64,000 nucleotides of DNA from NCBI GenBank assembly GCA_963832165.1, contig CAWHTE010000003.1, forward strand, positions 32,001 through 96,000, read 5' to 3'. Of the stretch, positions 39,394 through 49,644 are shown in pieces. Position numbers and translations under genes: made by a program. Below the pieces are notes generated by a model. That model saw nothing but the letters and a program-made list of their open reading frames with translations. It was not told the DNA's origin and made no database searches. The stretch's first letter is position 1. Every line of letters begins with the position of its first letter. The DNA comes from an uncultured delta proteobacterium. Lineage in GTDB: Bacteria > Myxococcota_A > UBA9160 > SMWR01.

Positions 39394-41155
39394 ATGCAGC
39401 CGCGCACCTCCCGCGCCGGATTCGATCCCGAGCCGCACCGCGCGGAGCTCAGCGCGATCATCGACGCCGTGCTGCGCGCGCGCGAGCTCGATGCGCGCGG
39501 ATCTCGACCGGATCGTGCGCCGCCATCCCAAAGCCGGGCGCGGCATGTTCTCGAAGTCGGAGATCATCGCGGGGTTCCGCGCGTTCGTGGCGGATGCCGG
39601 AGCCGAGGCCGAGTTCGTGCGCCGGTTGCGCATGCGCCCGGTGCGCACGCTCTCGGGCGTCACGCCCGTGACGGTGCTGACCAAGCCGTTCCCGTGCCCG
39701 GGCACCTGCATCTTCTGCCCGAACGACGTGCGCATGCCGAAGAGCTACCTCGCCGACGAGCCCGGCGCGCAGCGCGCCGAAGACAATCGCTTCGATCCCT
39801 ATCTCCAGACGTGGAACCGTCTCGACGCGTATCGGAGCATGGGACACCCGACCGACAAGGTCGAGCTGATCGTGCTCGGGGGTACCTGGTCGCATCACCC
39901 CGAGGCCTATCAGCTCTGGTTCGTCGAGCGCTGCTTCGATGCGCTGTGCGACTTCGGCGAGGCCGTCGATCGGCGCGCCGAGGCGGGCCGCGCCGCGGCC
40001 GACTACCGCGCGATCGCAACGCTCGATGGCCGCGCGCTCGACGACGGCGCCTACAACCGCGCGATCTCGCGGCATCTCGCCGCGGCGCACGGCGGCGCGC
40101 TGCTGCACGCGAGCGAGACGTCGAGCTGGGACGCGCTCTCGGCCGCGCAGCGGCGCAACGAGTCGTCGCCGGCGCGCTGCGTGGGGCTCGTGTTCGAGAC
40201 GCGACCCGATCAGATCGATGCCGCGGAGACCCGCCGCCTGCGCCGGCTCGGCGCCACCAAGATCCAGCTCGGGGTGCAGAGCCTCGACGACGAGATCCTG
40301 CTCGCGAACCGGCGCGGCCACGACGTCGCCGCGACGCGCCGCGCGTTCCGCGAGCTGCGCGCCGCGGGCTTCAAGCTCCACGCGCACTGGATGCCGAACC
40401 TGCTCGGCGCGACGCCCGCGCGCGACGCGGCCGACTACCGGCGCCTGTTCGACGAGGTCGACTTCCGCCCGGACGAGCTCAAGCTCTACCCGTGCCTGCT
40501 CGTCGAGAGCGCGGCGCTCGCGGCGCATCACGCGCGCGGGGAGTGGCAGCCCTACGGCGACGGTGCGCTCGTCGACCTGCTCACCGACTGCATCGAGGTC
40601 ACGCCGCGCTGGTGCCGCCTCACACGCGTCGTGCGCGACTTCTCCGCGCACGACATCGCGGCGGGGACGCACACGGCGAACCTGCGCGAGGTGGCCGAGC
40701 GCGCGCTCGCGGCGCGCGGCGCACGCGCGCAGGAGATCCGCAGCCGCGAAGTGCGCGGGCGGGCGGTTGCCGCGGCGGATCTTCGCTTCCTCGACACCGG
40801 CTATGCCACCTCGATCGGCCGCGAGCACTTCCTCGAGTTCGCCACGCGCGACGACCAGATCGCCGCGTTCGCGCGCTTGTCGCTTCCCGCGGAGCCGGCG
40901 GACGAGGGCGAGCTCGCGAATGCCGCGCTGCTGCGCGAAGTGCACGTCTACGGCGCGTCGCTGGCGCTCGGCGAGCGCGTGGGCAGCGCCGCGCAGCACG
41001 CGGGCCTGGGCCGCCAGCTGATCGACGCGGCCGCGACCCTCGCGCGCGATGCGGGCTTCGCGAACCTCGCCGTGATCTCGTCGGTCGGCACGCGGCCCTA
41101 CTACCGCAGGCTCGGCTTCGAGGACGGAGAGCTCTACCAGCACCGCGCTCTCTGA
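39394..41155 (+). CDS. elp3: Elongator protein 3 (Elp3) radical SAM/GNAT tRNA uridine(34) acetyltransferase; apparent frameshift near 39497
   Basis: RPVRTLSGVTPVTVLTKPFPCPGTCIFCP, PKSYLADEP, DKVELIVLGGT, ETRPD, LGVQS, HWMPNL, PDELKLYP, RVVRD, REVHVYG, QHAGLG, VISSVGTRPYYRRLGF. Confidence 0.93.
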
Positions 41156-41186
41156 TACCGTTCGGAATCCCACGAGCGAGGAACCC

Positions 41187-42080
41187 ATGGCGAGCCCCGA
41201 GTACGAGCAGCTGCGCAAGGTGTTGAAGCCGGGCCTGGCGATTCCCGGCGATCCGCCCGAGCTCGTGCGCGAGAAGATGCACCGGATCCATCCCACGAAG
41301 TTCCCGGACGACGTGAAGGTCCATCACACGTCGCTCGGCGGCGTCGACGCCGCGTGGGTCGACACGCCCGAGAGCGCGGGCTCCACGCGCGTGTTGCTGC
41401 ACGTGCACGGCGGTGCGTTCGTGTCGACCGGAGTCGAGCACTACATCCCCTACGGCGCGCGGCTGTCGCGCCCGTTCGCGGCACGCGCGGTCGTGTTCGG
41501 CTACCGGCTCGCTCCCGAGCACCGCTTCCCGGCCGCGCTCGACGACACGCGCGCCGTCTATCGCGCGCTGCTCGACGCGGGCACGCCGCCCGACCGGATC
41601 GTCATCGGCGGGGACTCGTGCGGCGGCGGAATCGGCATCGCGCTGCTCTTGCGCCTGCGCGACGAGGGCGCGCCGCTGCCGGCCGCGTTCGTGGGGCTCA
41701 CGGGCTGGTACGACCTCGAGATGACGGGCGACTCGGCGAAGAACCCGCGCGGGGTCGATCCGTACGTGGACCCGGAGTGGATCCGCGCGCGCGGCCGCGA
41801 CTACGCGGGTCCGCACGTCGACGTGCGCAACCCGCTGATCTCGCCGATCCACGCCGATCTCTCGGGGCTTCCGCCGCTGTTCCTCTCCTGCGGCGAGATC
41901 GACATCACGCGCGACGACTCGACGCGGCTCGCCGCGCGCGCGGGCCGCGACGGCGTGGCCGTGACGCTCGAGGTGAACCCGGAGATGATCCACGGCTTCC
42001 ATGGACTCTCGGACCTGATTCCGGAAGGGCGCGCATCGCTCGAACGCGCGGGCGAGTTCGTGCGGAGGCATCTGCCTTGA
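41187..42080 (+). CDS. Alpha/beta hydrolase (HSL-family esterase)
   Basis: HGGAF, YRLAPEHRFPAALDD, GDSCGG, MIHGF. Confidence 0.92.
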   Translation: MASPEYEQLRKVLKPGLAIPGDPPELVREKMHRIHPTKFPDDVKVHHTSLGGVDAAWVDTPESAGSTRVLLHVHGGAFVSTGVEHYIPYGARLSRPFAARAVVFGYRLAPEHRFPAALDDTRAVYRALLDAGTPPDRIVIGGDSCGGGIGIALLLRLRDEGAPLPAAFVGLTGWYDLEMTGDSAKNPRGVDPYVDPEWIRARGRDYAGPHVDVRNPLISPIHADLSGLPPLFLSCGEIDITRDDSTRLAARAGRDGVAVTLEVNPEMIHGFHGLSDLIPEGRASLERAGEFVRRHLP

Positions 42081-43537
42081 ATCGCCCCGTGATCGTAGGC
42101 GTGTCGCAGGTGCTGCAGCGCGACGAGGACCCCGCTGCCACGCGCGAGCCGCTCGAGCTGATGGTGGACGCGGTGCGCGCGGCGGCCGACGACGCGGGCA
42201 GCCGCGAGCTGCTCACGCGCGCGAATCTCGTGCTCGTGTCGCGCGGAATGTGGCGCTATGCGGATCCGGGTCGCGCGATCGCACAGCGCGTGGGCTGCCC
42301 GGGCGCGAAGAGCGGGCTCACCCAGTACGGCGGGAACTACGTGCAGACCGCCGTGAGCCAGACGTGCTCCGAGATCCAGCGCGGCGCGCTCGACGTGGCG
42401 ATCGTCGCGGGCGCCGAGTGCGGGCGCACCTGGGCGCGGCTCTCGAAGCAGGGACGGCCGACGGATTGGAGCGAAGCGCCGGGCACGCCCGACACGATCA
42501 TCGGCGACGAGCTCGTAATGTGGCACGACGCCGAGATCGCGCGCGGGATCCGGATGCCGATCCAGATCTACCCGATCTTCGACGTCGCGCTGCGCGCGGC
42601 GCTCGGCGAATCGGTCGACGCCCACCTGCGGCGCATCTCCGAGCTCTGGGCGGGCTTCTCCGCGGTCGCGGCGGGAAATCCCAACGCATGGATCCGCGAG
42701 CGCAAGAGCGCGGAGGAGATCCGCACGGCCGGCCCCGAGAACCGGCCCGTGAGCTTCCCGTATCCGATGCTCATGAACTCGAACTCGCGCGTCGACATGG
42801 GCGCGGCACTGCTGCTCACGCACGAGGAGATGGCGCGCTCGCTCGGAGTGCCGCGCGAGAAGTGGGTCTACCCGCACGCGGCGACCGATGCGCACGACCA
42901 CCCGTTCGTCTCGGAGCGCGACGAGCTGCACCGCTCGCCTGCGATCCGGATCGCGGGCGGGCGCGCACTCGAGCTCGCGCGCGTCGAGCCGAAGGACCTC
43001 GCCTATCGCGATCTCTACAGCTGCTTCCCGAGTGCAGTCCAGGTGTCCGCGCGCGAGCTCGGCCTCGAGGTGCACCCGCCGCTCACCGTGACGGGTGGAC
43101 TCACGTTCGGCGGCGGTCCGATGAACAACTACGTGATGCACGGCATCGCGCGCATGACCGAGGTGCTGCGCGACGATCCGGGTGCGAGGGGTCTCGTCAC
43201 GGGGAACGGGGGCTACCTCACCAAGCACGCCTTCTGCGTCTACTCGACCGCGCCGCCCGAGCACCCGTTCTCGCACGAGGTCCTCCAGGCCCAGGTCGAT
43301 GCGCTGCCCAAGCGCGACGTGGCGATGGAGCACGAGGGCGCGGTGGCGATCGAGGCCTACAGCGTGATGTACGGCGAGGAGGGCGGTGCCTCGATCGGCC
43401 ACGCCGCGGTGCGTCTGCCCGACGGACGGCGCGCCTGGGGCAACGTCACCGATCGCGACGCTGCGGCCGCGATGACGCGCGAGGAATTCTGCGGGCGCAC
43501 GGCGCGCCTGACCCGAGACGGCGTGCTCGCCGTGTGA
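42077..43537 (+). CDS. Thiolase-like acetyl-CoA acetyltransferase family protein
   Basis: TTG start overlapping the upstream stop; PVIVGVSQ, DLYSCFPSAVQ, LTVTGGLTFGGGPMNNY, GNGGYLTKH. Confidence 0.88.
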   Translation: MNRPVIVGVSQVLQRDEDPAATREPLELMVDAVRAAADDAGSRELLTRANLVLVSRGMWRYADPGRAIAQRVGCPGAKSGLTQYGGNYVQTAVSQTCSEIQRGALDVAIVAGAECGRTWARLSKQGRPTDWSEAPGTPDTIIGDELVMWHDAEIARGIRMPIQIYPIFDVALRAALGESVDAHLRRISELWAGFSAVAAGNPNAWIRERKSAEEIRTAGPENRPVSFPYPMLMNSNSRVDMGAALLLTHEEMARSLGVPREKWVYPHAATDAHDHPFVSERDELHRSPAIRIAGGRALELARVEPKDLAYRDLYSCFPSAVQVSARELGLEVHPPLTVTGGLTFGGGPMNNYVMHGIARMTEVLRDDPGARGLVTGNGGYLTKHAFCVYSTAPPEHPFSHEVLQAQVDALPKRDVAMEHEGAVAIEAYSVMYGEEGGASIGHAAVRLPDGRRAWGNVTDRDAAAAMTREEFCGRTARLTRDGVLAV

Positions 43538-43556
43538 GCGTGCTAGTCGAGCGCGG

Positions 43557-43709
43557 CTAGCAATGTCTGAAGCGCGAGAGCCGCATCACCATCTCGCGGC
43601 TCACGCGAGCTCGCTGACCCGTCCTCCAGATCGCTACGGCGATCCTCGCAATGCCCAGCCAGACGAGTCCGTAGAGCGTTCCCAGATTCAACGGAACCAG
43701 GTCGGTCAT
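43557..43709 (-). CDS. Small hypothetical membrane peptide (50 aa)
   Basis: MTDLVPLNLGTLYGLVWLGIARIAVAIWRTG..., a single TM helix, with a G-rich RBS-like run and an AT-rich upstream region. Confidence 0.35.
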   Translation of the reverse strand: MTDLVPLNLGTLYGLVWLGIARIAVAIWRTGQRARVSREMVMRLSRFRHC

Positions 43710-43840
43710 GCCACCCCCCCGTCGCATGCCTCGGCGCGCCCGCCCAACCGGGCCACCGGTGTCATCGATCTTAGTGCTCGATCCGATCCGTGTTAAGTGG
43801 ATTCTTGGCGGTGAGGCATTTTTCCCCCGAGCTCGGCCCG

Positions 43841-45256
43841 CTAGTCGCAGTCGCGAGGTCGTTCCAGGGCGCGCGGCTCGACGAGCCCCGCCGGGTGGCG
43901 CCCGAAGCGGTCGAGCACGGACTCGAGCACGGGCAGAGCCGCGAATACGCGTCGCGTGCGGATCAACCAATCCCAGAGCGGCTCGAACTTCTTCCAGCCC
44001 GCGGCGTAGGCGAAGTGGCGCGCGCGGCCGATCCACTCGCGTTTCGCCGACGCGCCGCGCCAGATCGCGCTCCAGCGGTAGAAGTCGCGATAGGCGCCCC
44101 AGTAGCCGGCCTCGAGCTGCTCGGCGGTCATGCCGCGCGTGCGGTACACGACCTGACGCGTGTCGTAGCGATCCCAATCGCGATGCAGGATCCGGCCCTC
44201 GCGCTCCATGCGCTGGTGGAGCGCGGTGCCGGGGTAGGGCGTCAGGATGTGGAACGTCGCGGTCTCGATGCCCTGGCCGACCGCCCAGTCGACCGTACGC
44301 GCGAACACGTCGGGGCCGTCCTCGTCCATCCCGAACACGAAGCTGCCGTTCACCATCACGCCGAGGTCGTGCAGGCGTCGGATCGCAGCGCCGTAGTCGC
44401 GGTGCAGGTTCTGCGGCTTGCGCTGCGCGCGCAGGTTCTGCGCGTCGAGCGTTTCGAAGCCGACGAACAGGCTGCGCAGCCCGCAGTCGGCCGCCTTCTC
44501 GAGCAGGCGCGGCCGCAGCACCGAGTGCACGGTGCCCGCGGCCTGCCACAGCCGCCCCATGCCGCGCATGCCGTCGAATAGCGCCTCGGCGAACGGTTCG
44601 TTTCCGAACAGGTGGTCGTCGAGGAAGTAGAGGTGCCGCCCCGGCAGCCGCTCGATCTCGGCGAGCGCGGCGTCGACGGTCTGGGTGTAGAAGCCGCGGC
44701 CGCCGGCGAAGAACGCGTCCTTGTAGCAGAAGCCGCAGTGGTGCGGGCAGCCGCGCGAGACGACGATCGAGTTCGGCACGAGATAGCGCTCGCGCCGGAT
44801 CAGGTCGCGCCGGATCGGCGGCAGCGCTGCGAGCGTGCGTTGCACCGACCGGTAGAGCGGCTTCGCGCTGCCGGCACGGTAGTCGGCCAGGAACACGGGC
44901 CACGTGTCCTCGCCCGGCCCGAGGAAGATCGTGTCGGCGTGCGCGGCCGCCTCGTCGGGCAGCGAGGTCACGTGCAGCCCGCCGAGGCAGACGTGCGCGC
45001 CGCGCGCGCGGTAGCGGTCGGCGATCTGGTACGCGCGCCGCGCCGACGTGATGTAGACCTGGATTACCACGAGGTCGGGCGCGTCGTCGAGATCGAGCGG
45101 CTCGACGTGCTCGTCCTGGATCACGACCTCGTCGTCGGGCGCGAGATAGGCCGCGAGCGTCGCGAGACCGAGCGGCGGGAACAGCGAGTACTTGATCGGC
45201 CGGTAGTAGGGCGAGAGCGCCTCGGTGAGCGCGGGCAGGATCATCTTCACGCGCAC
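43841..45256 (-). CDS. B12-binding domain radical SAM protein
   Basis: PPLGLATLAA, GGLHVTSLPDEA, SRGCPHHCGFC, FLDDHLF, GFET, ILTPYPGT. Confidence 0.92.
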   Translation of the reverse strand: MRVKMILPALTEALSPYYRPIKYSLFPPLGLATLAAYLAPDDEVVIQDEHVEPLDLDDAPDLVVIQVYITSARRAYQIADRYRARGAHVCLGGLHVTSLPDEAAAHADTIFLGPGEDTWPVFLADYRAGSAKPLYRSVQRTLAALPPIRRDLIRRERYLVPNSIVVSRGCPHHCGFCYKDAFFAGGRGFYTQTVDAALAEIERLPGRHLYFLDDHLFGNEPFAEALFDGMRGMGRLWQAAGTVHSVLRPRLLEKAADCGLRSLFVGFETLDAQNLRAQRKPQNLHRDYGAAIRRLHDLGVMVNGSFVFGMDEDGPDVFARTVDWAVGQGIETATFHILTPYPGTALHQRMEREGRILHRDWDRYDTRQVVYRTRGMTAEQLEAGYWGAYRDFYRWSAIWRGASAKREWIGRARHFAYAAGWKKFEPLWDWLIRTRRVFAALPVLESVLDRFGRHPAGLVEPRALERPRDCD

Positions 45257-45753
45257 GATCGCGGTACTCCGAGCACCATCACCGAGACGGTGCGGTCGCG
45301 GGCCTCGTCGCACTCGAGCAGGAACACCCGCTGCCAGCGGCCGAGCTGGAGCCGCCCGCCCACCACGTTCAGGCACTCGGTCGTGCGCAGCACCAGCGCG
45401 CGCGCGTGGGCGTGTCCGTTCGGCCGCTCACCCGGCGCGAGGTTCACCGTGCGCACCTCGAACCGGTCGTGCTGCCAGCCCGCACCCGCGGGCGCCCAGC
45501 GCTCGAGCAGCGCGCGGAAGTCCTCGTGCAGGAGCGGCTCGTTCTCGTTCACGACCAGAGCCGCGCTCGTGTGCAGGCACTGCAGGTTGGCGAGCCCGTG
45601 TGTGATTCCCGAGCGCTCGACGCACGCGATGAGCCAGTCGGTCAGGTCGACGAAGTGCATCGGGCCCGCGGTGCGCAGCTCGATTGTGCAGGTGAACGCG
45701 GAGAGCGGCGGGTCAGCGGGCAATTCGGACGGGTGCGGGGCGGTTGTCGCCAT
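45247..45753 (-). CDS. yjbQ: YjbQ/UPF0047 family protein
   Basis: HTSAALVVNENEP, NGHAH, LGRWQRVFLLECD. Confidence 0.88.
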   Translation of the reverse strand: MATTAPHPSELPADPPLSAFTCTIELRTAGPMHFVDLTDWLIACVERSGITHGLANLQCLHTSAALVVNENEPLLHEDFRALLERWAPAGAGWQHDRFEVRTVNLAPGERPNGHAHARALVLRTTECLNVVGGRLQLGRWQRVFLLECDEARDRTVSVMVLGVPRSCA

Positions 45754-45847
45754 CGATCGGTCTCCCGGGTGGGCGGCTGCCGGAGTGACAGCTGCGTGCG
45801 GGAGCAGGTTCGGCGCCGGACGCGCGGAAGAAATGAGCGCGGTGTGA

Positions 45848-47248
45848 TCAGTTCGTGAGGGGAGGCTGAGCGCGAGGGCCCGGCGGGATGGGCCGGTAGG
45901 TGAGCCCGAGGATCACGCCGGTCCCGAACGCAAAGCCTTCCCATGCGCTCACCACGACCCGCGTGAGCGCGCCCGGGCTCGTCTCACCCAGTAGCCGCGC
46001 GACCGGTGCGAGGCCCACTTCGGAGCCGGGGAACGCGACCGCGAGCAGGTTCAGGCTCATCGCGCCGAGGAAGCTGCCGTTTGCGCCGAGCCATCCGGTC
46101 GCGAGCCCGCAGATTGCGCCCGCGAGCAGCGCCGCCGCGACGCGCGCGGCACCGACCGGCGTCGCGAGGCCGCCGCTGAGACGCGGAGTCGCGAGCGCGT
46201 AGCCAATTCCGATCGCCGCGCCGATCACGAGACCCTCGAAGCCCCCCGCGACCGCCGACAGGTTCACGCCGAAGATCCCGCGCAGCAGCAGCGCGGCGAG
46301 CCCATGACACAGCGCGCCGATCGCCGCGCCGCCCGCTGCGCCGCCGAGCACGACTGCGGGTGCGCGCGCGGCCCGGAACGTCACCTCGCCGAGCGTGAGC
46401 CCGCCCGCGACGCCGACCGCGCCGAGACCGCCGACCACGCCGCCGAAGATCGCCAGCACGGGCATCACGCCCGCGCTGCCGGTCGCGCCGGGTCCGAGCC
46501 AGAGCGCGCTGCCGCCGAGCACACCCGCCACGAGTCCGGCCGCGGCGCCGCCGAACACCGCGGCGAGCCAGCGCCGGCGCGCGAGTGACCACAGTTCGTG
46601 GAGCCGCAGACGCGCGAGCGCCAACCCGCTGCGCCACATCCCGGTGTGTCCCAGAAACGGCACGGGTGCGCCGTCGCGCACGTCCCAGCGCGCGTCGCGC
46701 AGCGTGGCGAGCGCGAGCGCGGAGCCGGCGCGTGCTTCGAGTGCTCGGCGCGCGCGCTCGGCGTCGAGCTCGAGCAGCGTGCGCGCGGCGTCGCGGCGCT
46801 GCGCGTCCGACTCCTCGCCGACCGCGTCCGACAGCAGCGCCGCGAGGGCGGCGTCGAACTCGCCGTCCGCGCGCGGTGCAGGCGCGGCGATCACCGGCTT
46901 GGCCGTGTGGGCGGGCGCGACCTCCTCGATCTCGCGCACCTCGGCGTACACGAACTGATATCCGTGGCGCGCCGCGGTGCGGATGAACGTGGGCGAGCGC
47001 GGGTCGTCGCCGAGCGCGCGCCGCAGCGTGCGCACGGCCTGGTTCAGCGCGTTGTCGCTCACGACGACGTCGCTCCAGACGCGGTCGAAGATCTCGCGCC
47101 GGTGCACCGCCTCGGGGCGGCGCTCGAGCAGCAGCACGAGCAGGTCGAAATAGCGCGGGATCAGCGCGAGGTCGCAGCCGTCGCGCAAGAGCTAGCGGCG
47201 CGCGCGCGACACCACGAAGCCGGCGAAGTGGAAGGCGGCGCGTTGCAC
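45848..47248 (-). CDS. CadC/ToxR-like winged-helix membrane-anchored regulator with an in-frame TAG at 47192-47194
   Basis: GTG at 47248 gives VQRAAFHFAGFVVSRARR*LLRDG...VWSDVVVSDNALNQAVRTLRRALGDD...HGYQF, followed by a Gly/Ala-rich multi-TM C-terminus. Confidence 0.8.
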
Positions 47249-47276
47249 GGGCCCGGAGAATACTCGCCGGCCGCGA

Positions 47277-48323
47277 TCAGTCCGCCCGGCGGACCAGCTC
47301 CACCGCGCGGCCGAGCGCGTCGAGACGCGAGCCGTCGTCGCCCGCGAGCGGCTCGATCCGCAGCATGCCGATCCCCGCGCTGCGATAGGCGCGCAGGCGC
47401 TCGCGGATCCGCGACTCGGGTCCGATCAACGTGGTGCGCAGGATCAGCTCGTCGGGGACGCGGCGTGCGGCCTCGTCGCGCTTGCCCGCGAGCCACAGGC
47501 GCTGCACCTCGATCGCGGTGTCCTCGAAGCCACCGCGGCGATAGGCGTCGTTGTAGAAGTTCGTCTTCGCAGAGCCCATGGCGCCGAGCGTGAATGCCAT
47601 GCGCGGCTTCTGCGCCGCGATCAGCGGCTCCGGATCGTCCGTGACCGCGAACGTGCAACCGACGCAGAGCGTCAGGTCGGAGAGCTTGCGCCCCGCGCGC
47701 TCGGCGCCGCGCCGCAGGTGCGCCAGGTGCGTTTCGGCGGCTTCGGGCGTGAACGAGGTGCCGAGCCAGCCGTCGCCGAGCTCGCCCGTGAGCTCGAGCC
47801 CCTTCGGCGAGAGCGTCGCGAGATAGATCGGGATGTTCGGGTTGGCCGGCTGCGCGAGGCGCAGCGCCTTGCCCTCGCCACCGGGCCGCGGCAGTACGTG
47901 GTGCTCTCCCGCATAGCGCAGCGGCTCACCGCGGAACGCGAGCCGCACGATCTCGATCGTCTCGCGCATGCGCGAGATCGGCTTCGCGAACGACACGCCG
48001 TGCAGGCCCTCGACCACCTGCGGGCCCGACGCACCGAGCCCGAGGATGAAGCGGTTCCCCGAGAGCGCCGCGAGCCCCATCGCCGTCATCGCGGTCATGC
48101 TCGGCGCGCGTGCGCTGATCTGGAGGATCCCGCTGCCGAGCACGAGCCGGTCGGTCTTCGCCGCGAGATAGGCGAGGACCGATACCGCGTCGTAGCCCCA
48201 GGCCTCCGCGCTCCACGCCGCGTCGACGCCGAGCTTCTCGGCCTCGATCGCAAACGCGGCGATCCGCGCGAACTCGCTCGCCTGGCCCGAAGCCGGTCCG
48301 CCGACGCCGATCGCCGTCTTCAT
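47277..48323 (-). CDS. LLM-class flavin/F420-dependent oxidoreductase
   Basis: AWSAEAWGYDA, LGLGASGPQVVEGLHG, GELGDGW. Confidence 0.9.
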   Translation of the reverse strand: MKTAIGVGGPASGQASEFARIAAFAIEAEKLGVDAAWSAEAWGYDAVSVLAYLAAKTDRLVLGSGILQISARAPSMTAMTAMGLAALSGNRFILGLGASGPQVVEGLHGVSFAKPISRMRETIEIVRLAFRGEPLRYAGEHHVLPRPGGEGKALRLAQPANPNIPIYLATLSPKGLELTGELGDGWLGTSFTPEAAETHLAHLRRGAERAGRKLSDLTLCVGCTFAVTDDPEPLIAAQKPRMAFTLGAMGSAKTNFYNDAYRRGGFEDTAIEVQRLWLAGKRDEAARRVPDELILRTTLIGPESRIRERLRAYRSAGIGMLRIEPLAGDDGSRLDALGRAVELVRRAD

Positions 48324-48922
48324 TTCGAGCTCTCCTGCAGCGCGCGTTCGAGGAACGGGAGATGATCGACCCCGAAGTACGGCTCGTCCGCGAAGAACAG
48401 CGTCGGCGCGCCGAACACGCCGCGCGCGACGGCCTCCTCCGTGGTCGCGCGCAGCTCGTCCTTCACGGCGGGCGTCTGGGCGCGCTCGGCGATCTGCGCG
48501 GCGTCGAGTCCCGCGGTGCCGAGCACGTCGGCCACGACGGTGGCATTGCCGAGATCGAGGCCCTTCACCCAGATCGCGGAGTAGATCGCCGCGTGGAAGC
48601 GATCGAACACGCCGGCGTGTTGCGCGGCGACCGCGGTCCGCATGAGCGCGAGGGTGTTGATCGGAAAGTGCGGGTTGTGCTCGAACGGCACGCCGTGGTA
48701 GGCGGCCGCGCGGCGCAGCGCGCGCATGCCGTATGTGCGCTTGGCCGCCACCTCCTCGTACATGGGCGACTGGTTCCCGGTCTCCTTGAATACGCCGCCG
48801 AGCAGCATCGGGCGGTAGACGAGCGTTGCTGCGTGGCGCTGCGCGAGATCCGGGACCACCGCACTCGCGATGTAGCTGTAGGGGCTGCCGTAGTCGAAGA
48901 AGAACTCGAGCGTGCGGGACAT
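48320..48922 (-). CDS. 2-hydroxychromene-2-carboxylate isomerase / kappa-GST family protein
   Basis: FFFDYGSPYSY, LLGGVFK, RGVFGAPT. Confidence 0.9.
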   Translation of the reverse strand: MSRTLEFFFDYGSPYSYIASAVVPDLAQRHAATLVYRPMLLGGVFKETGNQSPMYEEVAAKRTYGMRALRRAAAYHGVPFEHNPHFPINTLALMRTAVAAQHAGVFDRFHAAIYSAIWVKGLDLGNATVVADVLGTAGLDAAQIAERAQTPAVKDELRATTEEAVARGVFGAPTLFFADEPYFGVDHLPFLERALQESSK

Positions 48923-48954
48923 TGGCTCGAAACATAGTTCGCTAGCTTCGCCTC

Positions 48955-49587
48955 GTGAAGCTCCTCTCCGTGAACGTGGGATTGCCGCGCGACGCCGTCT
49001 GGCGTGGCGAAGTCGTGCGCACGGGGATCTTCAAGCACGCGGTACCTGGACCCGTGGCCGTGCGCGGCCACAACCTCGCGGGCGATGGGCAGGCCGACCT
49101 GCGCGTGCACGGCGGCGCCGACAAGGCGGTCTACGGCTATCCGAGCGAGCACTACGCATTCTGGTGTGACTGGCTCGGCGTCGAGTCGCTGCCCTGGGGC
49201 GCGCTCGGCGAGAACCTCACCACCGAGGGCCTGCTCGAAGCCGAGGTCTGCATCGGCGATCGATTTCGCGTGGGAAGCGCGCTGCTCGAGGTGAGCCAGC
49301 CGCGCATTCCGTGCGCGAAGCTCGCGCTGCGCCACGAGCGCGCGGATCTGCCCAAGCATTTTCTCGCGAGCGGGCGCTCCGGGTTCTACTTCCGGATCGC
49401 GCGCGAGGGAGAGGTCTCGCCCGGCGATGCGATCGAACGCGTCGCATCCGACCCGCGCGGGCTCTCGGTCGCCGAAGTGCAGAGCATCAAGCGCGGGGTG
49501 GCGGGGCCAGCGCTGATCCGCCGCGCGTTCGAGCACCCCGCACTCGCGGCGGTCTGGCGCGAGGACCTTCGTAAGCGTCTCGAATAA
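48955..49587 (+). CDS. MOSC domain protein (YiiM-like)
   Basis: GDGQADLRVHGGADKAVY, GENLT, SQPRIPCAK, SGFYFRI. Confidence 0.92.
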   Translation: MKLLSVNVGLPRDAVWRGEVVRTGIFKHAVPGPVAVRGHNLAGDGQADLRVHGGADKAVYGYPSEHYAFWCDWLGVESLPWGALGENLTTEGLLEAEVCIGDRFRVGSALLEVSQPRIPCAKLALRHERADLPKHFLASGRSGFYFRIAREGEVSPGDAIERVASDPRGLSVAEVQSIKRGVAGPALIRRAFEHPALAAVWREDLRKRLE

Positions 49588-49644
49588 CCGCCCCGGGACC
49601 GCGCCGTGCGCAGCGCGCGCGGCTGCCGTACGGTTTCGGGCCGG

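Noticed and set aside
47192..47194. Pyrrolysine or recoded TAG
   Set aside because: TAG acts as a normal stop for many genes in this window and no pyl genes are present.
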